Shown in pieces: positions 37,519-47,762 of a stretch of 64,000 nt of DNA. The notes beneath the pieces were generated by a model. It was not told where the DNA came from and made no database searches. It saw only the letters and a program-made list of their open reading frames with translations. How positions within the stretch are numbered: the first letter of the stretch is position 1; every line of letters starts with the position of its first letter. Made by a program: the position numbers and the translations under genes. Origin of the DNA: an uncultured Chloroflexia bacterium. GTDB taxonomy: Bacteria; Chloroflexota; Limnocylindria; Limnocylindrales; CSP1-4. The DNA lies in assembly GCA_963712745.1 (NCBI GenBank), contig CAVQJC010000011.1, positions 320,001 through 384,000 of the forward strand, given 5' to 3'.

Positions 37519-40500
37519 TGAGCGACGAGCGTGCTCGCGGGACGGACGGAGCGGCGATCGTCGCCGCCAGCGGCCCGGTAGTGCGCGCGCGCATCCCGGC
37601 CTCGGCGGTCATCGGCGAGGTCGCGCGCGTGGGTCCGCAGCGACTGCTTGCCGAGGTCATCCATGTCGACGGCGAGGTCGGCACGCTCCAGGTCTACGAG
37701 GAGACCCAGGGGTTGCGCATCGGGGATCCGGTGTACCTGAGCGGCGCGCCCCTCGTCGCGTGGCTGGGTCCCGGCATGCTGGGACGGGTCTACGACGGGC
37801 TGCAGCGACCTCTCGATGCCTTCGCCGCGGCGGGCATCTGGCTGCTCCTGCCGGGAGCCACCGCGGATCCCGCGCGTGACGGCGCGTCGGGCAGGGACGC
37901 CACGCCCGCCGCGGTCGCTCTCGGCGACGCTCGCTGGGACTTCCGTCCGACCGCGCAGCCGGGCCAGACCGTCGGTCCCGGCGACATCATCGGCGAGGTG
38001 ACCGAGGGCGGCCTGCGTCACGCGGTGACCGTGCCGCCGGGGGTCGGCCCCGGCCGCTTGAGCGCGCTCGATGCGGGCGCCTACACCGTGCACGATGAGA
38101 TCGGCAGCCTCGATGGGTCCTCGGGTCCGGTCGCGCTTCGGCTGGCCCATCCGTGGCCGCTCCGGTCGGCCCGCCCGGTAGCACGACACCTGCCCCTGGA
38201 CCGTCCGCTGGTGACCGGCCAGCGCGTGATCGACATGCTGTATCCGGTCGCGCGCGGCGGCACGGCCGTCATCCCGGGCGGGTTCGGCACCGGCAAGACC
38301 GTCGTGGAACAGCAGCTCGCCCGCTGGTCCGACGCCGACGTCGTCGTGTATGTCGGCTGCGGAGAGCGTGGCAACGAGATGGCCGAGCTCCTCACGACGT
38401 TCCCAGAGCTCCAGGATCCACGCTCGGGCGTGCCCCTGCTCGAGCGAACTGTCCTGATCGCCAACACCTCGAACATGCCTGTGGCCGCACGCGAGGCCTC
38501 GGTCCAGCTGGGCATGACGATCGCTGAGTACTTCCGTGACCAGGGACTGCACGTCGCGTTGCTCACCGACTCCACCTCGCGCTGGGCTGAGGCGCTGCGA
38601 GAGATCAGCGGACGGCTCGAGGAGCTGCCGGGAGAGGAGGGCTTCCCGGCCTACCTGGGCAGCCGGCTGGCGAGATTCTACGAGCGCACCGGTCAGGTCG
38701 AAACGCTCGGCGAGCCTGCACGCACGGGTTCGGTGACACTCGTCGCCGCGGTCTCGCCACCGGGCGGCGACTTCTCCGAGCCTGTGACCCAGGCGAGCCT
38801 GCGCCTGGCGGGCACGTTCTGGGCGCTAGACCCGGAGCTGGCACACGCACGTCACTTCCCTGCCATCGGCTGGGACCGGTCCTACTCGCTGTACGTCGAT
38901 GCACTCGCGGCCTGGTATGCCGATACGCTGGACCTCGGTTGGTGGGAACTCCGCTCGACCGCGGTGGAGCTGCTGGCGCGTGAGAAGGGGCTGCTCGATA
39001 TCGTTGCGCTCGTCGGCGCCGACGCCTTGCCCGACCATGATCGTGCGCTGTTGGAGGTTGCGCGCCTGCTGCGTGAGTCGTTCCTCCAGCAGGGCGCATT
39101 CGATCCGGTCGATTCGGCCCGCCCGCTCGACGAGCAGGTGCTTCTGCTGGACGCGGTGCTCGCGGCTCAGGGGTACCTGGATCGTGCCCTCGACGCCGGC
39201 GAGACCCTCGAAGCTGCCCTCTCGTCCAAGGCCATCGCCGATCTGCGGCGCGCCAAGGAGCTCAGTGGCCTTGACGTCGCGGGGCGACTCGCCGCCCTCG
39301 CCGCCCGCCTGCGCGAAGACGGGAACGCGGCGACCCAAGACCTCGCCAGTGACGGAGGGGAGGGTGGCGCTGCGGCTGGCGAGGATGCCGATGTCACGAC
39401 GCAGCCCGAGCCCCCGGCTCCGGCCGACGGCGCCGCTCCGGGCACCGAGCACCCAGCGGATGTACCGGAGCCAGAGCCTACGCATCGGGGTGAAGCGCGT
39501 GCCGACGCGATGCCTCGGCAGCTGTCAGCCCGAAGTGGTCCCGCGTCCGCCGTCAGGTCACTCTCGGAGCACCGCCTGACCGGGGCTGATCGTCTCGTAG
39601 GCCCACTGCTCGTGCTGCGCCGGTCGCCACGCATGGCACTCGGCGAGGACGTCACCGTGCGCGCCGGTGACGGCACGCTTCGGCATGGGCAGATCGCCGA
39701 GCTCGACGAGGACGTCGCCGTCATCCAGGTCTACGAGGGTACCGCTGGGCTGGACCTCGAGTCTGCCCAGGTGCAGCTCTCCGGCGACACGTTCCGGCTG
39801 GGCGTCTCGGGCGCCATGCTCGGCCGGGTGCTCGACGGGCGTGGCCGCCCCATCGACGACGGCCCGTCGATCGTGCCGCTGCGGCTCGCGGACGTGAACG
39901 GCGGCGCCATCAACCCGGCGTCGCGCGATCACCCGGAGGACTTCATCGAAACCGGCATCAGCACGATCGACCTGATGGCCTCGCTCGTGTGCGGTCAGAA
40001 GCTGCCGATCTTCACCGGCTCCGGCTTGCCGGCCAACGAGCTGGCCGCCCGCATCGCGACCGGTGCGCGCATGCTGGGCGAAGAGCGCTTCGTGACGGTC
40101 TTCGCGGCCATGGGCATCACGCGCCGTGAAGCGGACGGGTTCCGTGACGCCTTCGCCAGCTCCGGCGTGCTCGACCGCATCGCGGTGTTCCTCAATCTCG
40201 CTGACGACCCGGCCATCGAGCGACTCCTGACACCCCGCTGTGCCCTGACGCTTGCCGAGCATCTCGCCTTCGAGCTCGGGCTCAATGTCCTCGTCGTGAT
40301 GACCGATGTGCTCGCCTACGGCGAGGCGCTGCGCGAACTGTCGACCGCGCGCGAGGAGATCCCCGGTCGCCGAGGCTACCCGGGCTACCTGTATACCGAT
40401 CTCGCGACGTTGTTCGAGCGTGCCGGCCGCGTCCGTGGCCTGCCGGGCTCGGTCACAGTGCTACCGATCGTGACGCTCCCCGACGATGACATCACCCACC

Positions 40501-40985
40501 CCATCCCCGACCTCACCGGGTACATCACCGAGGGCCAGATCGTGCTCTCACGTGAGCTGTGGGGCCGATCGATCGCACCGCCTGTCGACGTCCTGCCCTG
40601 CCTCTCGCGCGTCATGAACGCGGGCATCGGCGAAGGCCAGACGCGTCCGGAGCATCGGATCGTAGCGGATCAGCTCTACGCTGCCTATGCGCACGGCCGC
40701 TCGCTGCGGCAGCTCGTGACGGTCATCGGAGAGGCTGCGCTGAGCGACAGCGAGCGCGGCGTTCTGGCGTTCGCAGATGCCTTCGAGCATCGACTCGTCA
40801 GCCAGGGACGTGAGCGACGAACCCTCGACGAGTCATTCGACGCCGCCTGGGCCATCCTGCTTGAGTTGCCCGACGAGCAGCTCACCCGCATCCCGGCCAA
40901 CGTCCTTGCCCGCCGCCGGGCCAGCCGAGCACGCAGCGCTGCGAGCGAGGACCATACCGATCCGCCAGCGAGTCCGGCGCCGTGA
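37515..40985 (+). CDS. atpA: A/V-type ATPase catalytic subunit A read in frame into subunit B (A-B fusion, 1156 aa)
   Basis: A: QVYEET, GGFGTGKT, GCGERGNE, DSTSRWAEA, SPPGGDFSEP. Then an acidic, Pro-rich linker of about 80 aa. B: GQKLPIF, PGRRGYPGY, HPIPDLTGYITEG. No in-frame stop between them. Confidence 0.9.
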   Translation: MMSDERARGTDGAAIVAASGPVVRARIPASAVIGEVARVGPQRLLAEVIHVDGEVGTLQVYEETQGLRIGDPVYLSGAPLVAWLGPGMLGRVYDGLQRPLDAFAAAGIWLLLPGATADPARDGASGRDATPAAVALGDARWDFRPTAQPGQTVGPGDIIGEVTEGGLRHAVTVPPGVGPGRLSALDAGAYTVHDEIGSLDGSSGPVALRLAHPWPLRSARPVARHLPLDRPLVTGQRVIDMLYPVARGGTAVIPGGFGTGKTVVEQQLARWSDADVVVYVGCGERGNEMAELLTTFPELQDPRSGVPLLERTVLIANTSNMPVAAREASVQLGMTIAEYFRDQGLHVALLTDSTSRWAEALREISGRLEELPGEEGFPAYLGSRLARFYERTGQVETLGEPARTGSVTLVAAVSPPGGDFSEPVTQASLRLAGTFWALDPELAHARHFPAIGWDRSYSLYVDALAAWYADTLDLGWWELRSTAVELLAREKGLLDIVALVGADALPDHDRALLEVARLLRESFLQQGAFDPVDSARPLDEQVLLLDAVLAAQGYLDRALDAGETLEAALSSKAIADLRRAKELSGLDVAGRLAALAARLREDGNAATQDLASDGGEGGAAAGEDADVTTQPEPPAPADGAAPGTEHPADVPEPEPTHRGEARADAMPRQLSARSGPASAVRSLSEHRLTGADRLVGPLLVLRRSPRMALGEDVTVRAGDGTLRHGQIAELDEDVAVIQVYEGTAGLDLESAQVQLSGDTFRLGVSGAMLGRVLDGRGRPIDDGPSIVPLRLADVNGGAINPASRDHPEDFIETGISTIDLMASLVCGQKLPIFTGSGLPANELAARIATGARMLGEERFVTVFAAMGITRREADGFRDAFASSGVLDRIAVFLNLADDPAIERLLTPRCALTLAEHLAFELGLNVLVVMTDVLAYGEALRELSTAREEIPGRRGYPGYLYTDLATLFERAGRVRGLPGSVTVLPIVTLPDDDITHPIPDLTGYITEGQIVLSRELWGRSIAPPVDVLPCLSRVMNAGIGEGQTRPEHRIVADQLYAAYAHGRSLRQLVTVIGEAALSDSERGVLAFADAFEHRLVSQGRERRTLDESFDAAWAILLELPDEQLTRIPANVLARRRASRARSAASEDHTDPPASPAP
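39510..40985 (+). CDS. atpB: Subunit B moiety of the A-B ORF (possible internal ATG at 39510)
   Basis: Full set of subunit B motifs; ATG 39510 is in frame but lacks a strong RBS. Confidence 0.8.
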   Translation: MPRQLSARSGPASAVRSLSEHRLTGADRLVGPLLVLRRSPRMALGEDVTVRAGDGTLRHGQIAELDEDVAVIQVYEGTAGLDLESAQVQLSGDTFRLGVSGAMLGRVLDGRGRPIDDGPSIVPLRLADVNGGAINPASRDHPEDFIETGISTIDLMASLVCGQKLPIFTGSGLPANELAARIATGARMLGEERFVTVFAAMGITRREADGFRDAFASSGVLDRIAVFLNLADDPAIERLLTPRCALTLAEHLAFELGLNVLVVMTDVLAYGEALRELSTAREEIPGRRGYPGYLYTDLATLFERAGRVRGLPGSVTVLPIVTLPDDDITHPIPDLTGYITEGQIVLSRELWGRSIAPPVDVLPCLSRVMNAGIGEGQTRPEHRIVADQLYAAYAHGRSLRQLVTVIGEAALSDSERGVLAFADAFEHRLVSQGRERRTLDESFDAAWAILLELPDEQLTRIPANVLARRRASRARSAASEDHTDPPASPAP

Positions 40986-41620
40986 CACGCCCGCGGACGC
41001 GGATGGAGTTGCTCGCGGTGCGATCACGCCTCGACCTGGCGAGGCAGGGCCGGGATCTCCTGGAGCAGAAGCGAGACGCGCTCATGCACGAGTTCTATCG
41101 TGAGGTGCGGACCGTCTACGCAGCCCACGAGGAGCTCGAGGTGGCCGCTGGCGCAGCCCGGCACGCGCTCGAAGAGGCGCGCGTGCTCCTGGGCACGGAC
41201 ACCATCTCTGCGGCCGCGACCGAGGCAGTCGGCGAGATCAACGTGGATGTACAGCTGGTGACGGTGATGGGCGTGCATGTCCCGGCCGTCAGTTCGCGCG
41301 ACCTGGTGCGCACCCCGGCCGATCGCGGCCGTGCGCCGGCGGTGTCCGGCCCGGCGCTCGAGATGGCGGCGGAGGCGCACGAGCACGAGATCACCGTCGC
41401 GATCAAGGTGGCCTCGCTGGAGGCGCGCGCGCGTCGGCTGGCTCGCGAGATCCGGCGCACTTCCAGCCGTGTCAATGCCCTCCGAACGAGGGTCATCCCA
41501 CACCTCGAGGCGGAGATGAGGGCGATCTCGCTGGCACTCGAGCAACACGAGCGTGACGACCGCTTCCGGCTGAAGCGGGTGAAGTCGCGGCGCGATCCGA
41601 CCAAGGCCAAGATCCGGTAG
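40982..41620 (+). CDS. atpD: A/V-type ATPase subunit D
   Basis: TRMELL, LLEQKRDAL, RRVNAL-like and FRLKRVK motifs; GTGA overlap. Confidence 0.93.
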   Translation: MTRPRTRMELLAVRSRLDLARQGRDLLEQKRDALMHEFYREVRTVYAAHEELEVAAGAARHALEEARVLLGTDTISAAATEAVGEINVDVQLVTVMGVHVPAVSSRDLVRTPADRGRAPAVSGPALEMAAEAHEHEITVAIKVASLEARARRLAREIRRTSSRVNALRTRVIPHLEAEMRAISLALEQHERDDRFRLKRVKSRRDPTKAKIR

Positions 41621-41940
41621 CCGGAGTGGGTCATGGCCGCCGTGCCGATGGCGTAGAGCGCCGCGACGACCGGCTCCGGTCCGGATCGGGAATCGCCGGG
41701 CGATATCTCGGCTCTACGTGGCCGACGCCGCCAAGGACCGGTCGCGACAGCGGCCGGTCACCGCCCACCCACGGATGTGCGCGGGCGGCCGGGGACGGGC
41801 ACCGTGACGGCGGTCTTTCCTACCACGGCCCGACATATGGGAGGGCTCGAAGCGCGTGCGCACACCGCTGTCGCCGTCTTTCGATCTCGTATCGCTGCCC
41901 TGTCCCTGACTTCGGCACAGCCCCTACCGTCAGGGCGCGG

Positions 41941-42168
41941 CTATGACGGCCAGTTGTGCCTGTTCGCTGTCAGGAACGATCGCACCGATTGCCTCGCCGA
42001 GCCGGCCAGCTCGTCCGCCGAGTCCAATTCCTCCCAGATCGGGTCGTCGAGTGCGGGTGGCCCCTCGAGCTTCCTGAGCCGATCAACGAGGCGCTGGCGC
42101 ACAGCCTCTGCCTCAGTCCACTCCTCGATGAGTTCCGTGTACTCCTCCTCGAGACGCTTCTCAGTCAA
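41941..42168 (-). CDS. Small acidic helical hypothetical protein
   Basis: 75-aa ORF with AGGAGGTGAGG directly upstream; no recognisable family. Confidence 0.35.
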   Translation of the reverse strand: MTEKRLEEEYTELIEEWTEAEAVRQRLVDRLRKLEGPPALDDPIWEELDSADELAGSARQSVRSFLTANRHNWPS

Positions 42169-42515
42169 ACCTCACCTCCTAGGCGGTCTCTCTCGGTAGG
42201 GCAAGAGTCATCGTCGCGACAGCCACGAATGTGGCCCGTCATCATCGGACCTGACGCGAGGGTACCCAGCGACGGGTGGGCCGACCTCACGCCGCGACGC
42301 GCCAGCCCTCCGTCAAGTCCGGCGACCCGCGGATGGCCCGTCCCCATGAGCAAGAACGCTGCAAGCGCACCACGACCATCCGTGCTGCAGTAGACGCTCT
42401 TGGTCGGCGCGAGGCCGATCTCGAGGCTATCGGGCAGTCGACGAGCGCAAGCTGGGTCCGTGACGAGTTCCGAGGCCAGGACCAGCCAGGGAGCCGTCGT
42501 CTCTGTGTCCGTCAT
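42165..42515 (-). pseudogene. Degenerate rhodanese-like domain
   Basis: VYCSTDGRGALAAFLLMGTGHPRVAGLDGG resembles the rhodanese C-x-x-G-x-R loop and LxGG motif; the N-terminal part is not recognisable. Confidence 0.45.
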
Positions 42516-42781
42516 CGGCTGCGTGCCTCCTGCTCCCACATGCCTCGACGCCTACATCAACATCCACCCGATGTCACTCCGCTCTTCCCGATGGGTCAAG
42601 TGCCGGAAGTCATCGCGAGCCCACACCATTGAGTATCGGCCGGGGGCGATCGGTTTCGAACTCTGGGTCCTTTGGGCTGTCCACGCAGGGTCATAGGGTC
42701 CTTGTTCTTCTCGCCAGTCGTGTTTACGTAAGCCTTGGGTCACTGGCGGCTCGGTTCGCTGGCCCGATATCGGAGGCGAAG

Positions 42782-43567
42782 ATGAAGATCGCCGTCTCCG
42801 GCAAAGGTGGTGCCGGAAAGACCACTCTCGCGGCGCTCGCTGTCGCCGAGTTGCTACGGCGCGGTGTCAGCGTGACCGCGATCGACGCGGATCCGAACCC
42901 GTCCCTGGCGCCCTGCCTCGGCATCTCGGCAACGCCCACCCCGCTGCTGGAGATGTCCGACGAGATCGAGGCACGGGTCGGCAGCGGCGTGATCCGCCTC
43001 AACCCCCGTGTCGACGACCTCGTGGAGCGCCTCGCGGTCACCCAGGATGGCCTGCAGCTCATGGTGGCCGGCGGCCCCGTCCGTGGTGGCGCGGGCTGCG
43101 CCTGTCCGCAGAGCGTGCTGCTGCGCCAGCTGCTGGAGCACGTCGTGGTGGGCCTGGAAGAGGCGGTCGTCATCGACCTCGAAGCCGGCCTCGAGCATCT
43201 GGGACGACGAACCGCGCACGCAGCGGACGCGCTTCTCGTCGTCGTCGACCCAACCAACTCCAGCGTCGAGACCGCGCAGCGCATCGCGCGGCTTGCCGCT
43301 GATATCGATCTCCGTCGCGTGGCCCTGGTCGCCAACCGCATCGTCGATCCCAGCGACCTCGCATTCATCAAGGAACGGCTGCCCGGGCTCGAGCTGGTCG
43401 GGGAGATCCCCTTCAGTCAAGAGATCCTGGTGGCCGAGCGAGATCGACGGCCACTCCTCGACCTCGGCGGACCCGCCGCTGCGGCGGTAGCCCAGATGCT
43501 TGATGCCCTGGCTGCCGACGTGCCCATACCAGCTGCAACCGAATCCCCCGAAGAGGTGACATCGTGA
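42782..43567 (+). CDS. cooC: CO dehydrogenase nickel-insertion ATPase CooC
   Basis: MKIAVSGKGGAGKTT, DADPN, GCAC and DLEAGLEHLGR; GGAGG RBS. Confidence 0.95.
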   Translation: MKIAVSGKGGAGKTTLAALAVAELLRRGVSVTAIDADPNPSLAPCLGISATPTPLLEMSDEIEARVGSGVIRLNPRVDDLVERLAVTQDGLQLMVAGGPVRGGAGCACPQSVLLRQLLEHVVVGLEEAVVIDLEAGLEHLGRRTAHAADALLVVVDPTNSSVETAQRIARLAADIDLRRVALVANRIVDPSDLAFIKERLPGLELVGEIPFSQEILVAERDRRPLLDLGGPAAAAVAQMLDALAADVPIPAATESPEEVTS

Positions 43568-45528
43568 ACGAGCCGCAAGCCCCCATTCCGCGCACCGACC
43601 CCGCCAGCGTGGAGATGCGAGAGCGCGCCAAGGCAGAGGGCGTGGAGACGATCTGGGATCGCTACGCCGCCCTCGGCACGCAGTGCAAGGTCGGCGAGCT
43701 GGGTATCTGCTGCACGGTCTGCCACCTGGGGCCCTGCAACCTGGGTCTCCCGGGGAGCAGGCGGCCACAGGTCGGAGTCTGCGGAGCGACGATCCACACC
43801 GTTGCCTCCCGTCGCCTCGCCCGCGACATGGCTGCTGGTTCCGCGGCCCACTCCGATCACGGTCGCTCCGTCGCCTCGCTACTGCTGCAGGCCGCACGTG
43901 GAGAGGCACCGGGCTACGAGATCAAGGATGAGGCCAAGCTGGATTCCCTGGCCGACGAGCTGGGCATCGAGCGCGAGGGCAAGTCGGTCGAGCAGGTCGC
44001 CGAAGCGGTGGCACTGGGTTGCCTCGCCCAGTTCGGGGCGCAGGAGGATGGCGTTACCTTCATCCGACGCGCCCCGCAGAAGCAGCAGGAGGACTGGAAG
44101 AAGCTGGACATCACGCCCCGGGGCATCGACCGTGAGATCGTCGACGTCATGCATCGCACCAACATGGGAGTCGACGCCGACTACAAGTCCATGATCCTCG
44201 GCGGCATGCGCAGTACGCTGGCGGACGGCTGGGGCGGTTCGATGATCGCGACCGACCTTCAGGACGTCCTCTTCGGCACGCCCAAGCCAGTCCGGGCCGA
44301 TGTCAACCTCGGTGTCCTCAGCGAGGACGAGGTCAACATCCTCCTGCACGGGCATGAGCCGGCGCTGGCCGAGGCCATCGTCGACGTGGCCAACGACCCG
44401 GCCATGCAGGAGAAGGCCACGGAAGTGGGCGCCAGCGGCATCAACATCGCAGGCATCTGCTGCACCGCCAACGAGGTCCTGATGCGGCGGGGCCTGCCCA
44501 TCGCCGGCAACTTCCTGCAGCAGGAGCTGGCCATCACCACCGGGGCCGTGGAGTCGATCCTCATCGACGTCCAGTGCATCATGCCCGGGGTAACGCAGGC
44601 TGCCGGCTGCTTCCACACCGACGTCATCGCCACCTCCGAACAGGCCTTCTACCCGGGCACGATCCACATCGGCTTCGAGGCCGAGAGCGCCTACGAGGAC
44701 GCCCGCAAGATCGTAGGTCGAGCCGTCGACAACTTCGTCAACCGCGACAAGAGCCGCGTCAGCATCCCCCATCACACCATGGACGTGGTGGCCGGCTTCA
44801 CGACCGAGTCGATCAACCGGGAGCTGGGCGGTAGGTACCGGGGTGGCTACCGCCCCCTCAACGACGGCATCATGGCCGGGCGCATCCGGGGCGTGGCCGC
44901 GGTGGTCGGGTGCGATTCGCCCAAGATCACCCAGGATCAGGGTCACCTCGACCTCGTCCTCGAGCTCATCCGGCGTGACATCCTGGTGGCCCAGACGGGC
45001 TGCTCGGCCATCGTGTGCGGCAAGGCCGGCCTCCTCCGGCCCGAGGCCGCCATGGAATACGCCGGCCGCGGCCTCCAGGAGATCTGCGAGGCCGTGGGCA
45101 TCCCGCCTGTGCTCCACGTCGGCTCCTGCGTCGACAACAGCCGTCTCCTGACGGTCTGCACGCAGATGGTCAATGAGGGCGGCGTGGGCAAGGACTTCAC
45201 CGAGCTGCCGGTCGCCGCCGCCGCCCCCGGCTGGTGGTCGGAGAAGGCCATCGCCATCGGCTTCTACGCCGTGGCCTCCGGCCTCCTGACCGTGCTGGGG
45301 TCTCCGCTCAACATCCTCGGCAGCGACGCTGTGACGCAGTTCGTGACCAAGGACCTCGAGGATCTTACCGGCGGTCGCTTCGCCTTCGAGCCCGATGCCG
45401 CTGCGGCGGCCGAGCTCATGGCCGCCCACATCGATCGCAAGCGGGAGGCACTCAAGCTGCGTCCCATGATGTACGAGCCCGTGCCGGTCGCCCCCGCTCC
45501 AGTCCAAGCACCCGTCGCAGCCGCCTGA
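43564..45528 (+). CDS. cooS: Anaerobic Ni-CO dehydrogenase catalytic subunit (CooS/AcsA)
   Basis: D/B-cluster C..G..GICC..C..GPC; C-cluster HGHEP, GICCTANE, DVQCI, VGCD, TGCS and GSCVDN; SEKA. Confidence 0.97.
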   Translation: MNEPQAPIPRTDPASVEMRERAKAEGVETIWDRYAALGTQCKVGELGICCTVCHLGPCNLGLPGSRRPQVGVCGATIHTVASRRLARDMAAGSAAHSDHGRSVASLLLQAARGEAPGYEIKDEAKLDSLADELGIEREGKSVEQVAEAVALGCLAQFGAQEDGVTFIRRAPQKQQEDWKKLDITPRGIDREIVDVMHRTNMGVDADYKSMILGGMRSTLADGWGGSMIATDLQDVLFGTPKPVRADVNLGVLSEDEVNILLHGHEPALAEAIVDVANDPAMQEKATEVGASGINIAGICCTANEVLMRRGLPIAGNFLQQELAITTGAVESILIDVQCIMPGVTQAAGCFHTDVIATSEQAFYPGTIHIGFEAESAYEDARKIVGRAVDNFVNRDKSRVSIPHHTMDVVAGFTTESINRELGGRYRGGYRPLNDGIMAGRIRGVAAVVGCDSPKITQDQGHLDLVLELIRRDILVAQTGCSAIVCGKAGLLRPEAAMEYAGRGLQEICEAVGIPPVLHVGSCVDNSRLLTVCTQMVNEGGVGKDFTELPVAAAAPGWWSEKAIAIGFYAVASGLLTVLGSPLNILGSDAVTQFVTKDLEDLTGGRFAFEPDAAAAAELMAAHIDRKREALKLRPMMYEPVPVAPAPVQAPVAAA

Positions 45529-45560
45529 GCAGAGGTAGCGCCTGAGGAGAGGCAGGAGAG

Positions 45561-47745
45561 ATGTCTAGGATCATCGCCAGCGCCGCCATCCGCGGGGCGC
45601 ATGAGTACGTCCAGGAGGCTGAAGACAGCCTTAACGCCACCCTCGAATCGAGCGGCGGAGCGACGAAGCTGGAGTTCCCCAACACCGCCTTCTACCTGCC
45701 GCTGACCTATGCCCTGACCGGGCTGGACGTCAAGACCGTCGAGGAGGCCCGGGTTCCCCTGGGGATCGCCAGGGACCTGCTGGCGCCGGTCCCCAGCGAT
45801 GAGACGTGGTTGCCCTATCTGGGTGACACCCTCGACTCAGGGATCGCGGCTCTCATCGCCGAAGAGATCATCGAGGCGCTGCGCTATGCCAACGGCTCGC
45901 CACCCAACGGCATCTACCTGGGCTTCACGGACGACTCCATCCTGCGCACCCAGGGCATCAAGCTCGTTGATGGTCGGATGCCCGGGTTCGCGGCCTGTGT
46001 GGGCGCGATGCCCACCAATGAGGCGGCCGTGAAGCTGGCTCGCGAGCTGCAGGAGCGCAACATCCTGGCCTTCATCTCGAGCAGCAGCGATGGTCGCAGC
46101 ATGGCCGAGCAGCTCGACGAGGAAGGCGTCGAGATGAGCTGGGACACCTACCTGGTGCCCTACGGCAAGGAGACCAGCACCACGGTCCACGCGCTCAACT
46201 TCGCGGCCCGCGCGGCCATGACGTTCGGCGGGCTGGCTCCGGGCGATCTGGCCAAGGCCCGCCGCATCCTGCTCTACAACAAGGAACGCGTCTTCGCCTT
46301 CGTGCTTGCGCTGGGCGAGGTCGACGACCGCAAGTACGCGACTGCCGCGGGAGCCATCAACTTCGGGTTCCCGGTCATCGCGGACACGGACATCCCGGAG
46401 ATCCTGCCCAGCGGCATCTGCACCTATGAGCACGTCGTCAGCAACGTCCCCGACGACCGGCTCGTCAACAAGGCCATCGAGGTCCGTGGCCTCAAGCTCA
46501 AGATCACCAAGATCCCCATCCCGGTCTCCTATAGCGCCGCCTTCGAGGGCGAGCGCGTCCGCAAGGAACAACTGCAGGTCGAGTTCGGCCGTGGCACACA
46601 GGCCTTCGAGTACCTGCGCGCTCGCGAGCTCGATGAGATCGAGGACGGGCATGTCGAGCTCATCGGACCCGACCTCGACACCGCGGAGCCGGGTGGAGCG
46701 ATGCCGCTGGGCATCCTCATCGAGGTCGCCGGGCGCAAGCTGCAGAAGGACTTCGAGCCCATCCTCGAGCGCAACGTCCACCGTTTCATCAACGGCGCCA
46801 TGGGCGTGATGCACATCGGCCAGCGCGACCAGCCCTGGATCCGCATGTCGGACGAAGCCTTCAAGGCCGGCCTCCGGCTCCGCGACTTCGGGACCATCCT
46901 CCATGCCAAGTATCTCGAGGAGTTCCCGGCCATCGTCGACAAGGTCTCGGTCACGCTCATCACGGAGCCCAGCCGCATCGATGAGGTTCTCGAGGGCGCG
47001 CGGGTGGTCTGGAACGAGCGCGATGCCCGTGTCGCCGGCATGACCGACGAGACCATCGACATCTTCTACTCCTGCACGCTGTGCCAGTCATATGCACCCA
47101 ACCACGTCTGCATCATCTCGCCCGAGCGCCTCGGACTGTGCGGCGCCTACAACTGGCTCGACGGCAAGGTCAGCCACGAGATCAACCCCAGCGGCCCCAA
47201 CCAGCCGATCGAGAAGGGCGCCGTCCTCGACGAATCGCTGGGCATCTTCAAGAACATCAACGACTTCGTCTACGCCACCTCCAACAAGACGGTCGAGCAG
47301 GTCAGCCTCTACTCGATGATGACCGCGCCGATGACCTCATGCGGCTGCTTCGAGTGCATCATGGGTGTCGCTCCCGAGGCCAATGGCGTGGTCGTGGTCA
47401 ATCGCGAGTATCCCGACATCACGCCCCTGGGCATGTCGCTTCAGCACCCTGGCCGGGCTGGTCGGCGGTGGCATCCAGACCCCGGGCTTCCTGGGTGTCG
47501 GGCGGCTCTACCTGGCGAGTCACAAGTTCATTCCCGCCGACGGCGGGCTGGAACGCCTCGTCTGGATGCCCAAGGAGCTCAAGGACGACCTGCGCGACAA
47601 GCTCGAGGAGCGCGCGGTCGAGATCGGCGACGAGGCCTTCGTCGACAAGATCGGCGATGAGACCGTCGCTACCACGGCCGAGGAGCTGGTGGCGTTCCTC
47701 GAGAAGGTCGGACATCCGGCCCTCAAGATGCCATCGATCCTCTGA
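45561..47745 (+). CDS. acsB: Acetyl-CoA synthase (bacterial type, with N-terminal domain); +1 frameshift near 47439
   Basis: FPNTAFYLP, CTLCQSYAPNHVC, LGLCGAY and MTSCGCFEC. The C-terminus FSTLAG..GGG.QTPGF..R.VWMPK continues in ORF 47365..47745. Confidence 0.95.
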
Positions 47746-47762
47746 GCAAGGAGAGCCACACC

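Noticed and set aside
39310-39560. Intein explaining the long ATPase A ORF
   Set aside because: No intein terminal motifs or LAGLIDADG domain; the extra length is subunit B plus a low-complexity linker.
43879-45507. Long antisense or alternate-frame ORFs (also 56384..58027, 62369..63955, 24464..25804, 19972..21438 and others)
   Set aside because: These are shadow ORFs expected at this GC content; they overlap well-supported genes and carry no recognisable motifs, apart from the AKR fragment noted separately.
47420-47450. Programmed frameshift in acsB (or atpI)
   Set aside because: No slippery sequence, and similar +1 indels occur in unrelated genes across the window.
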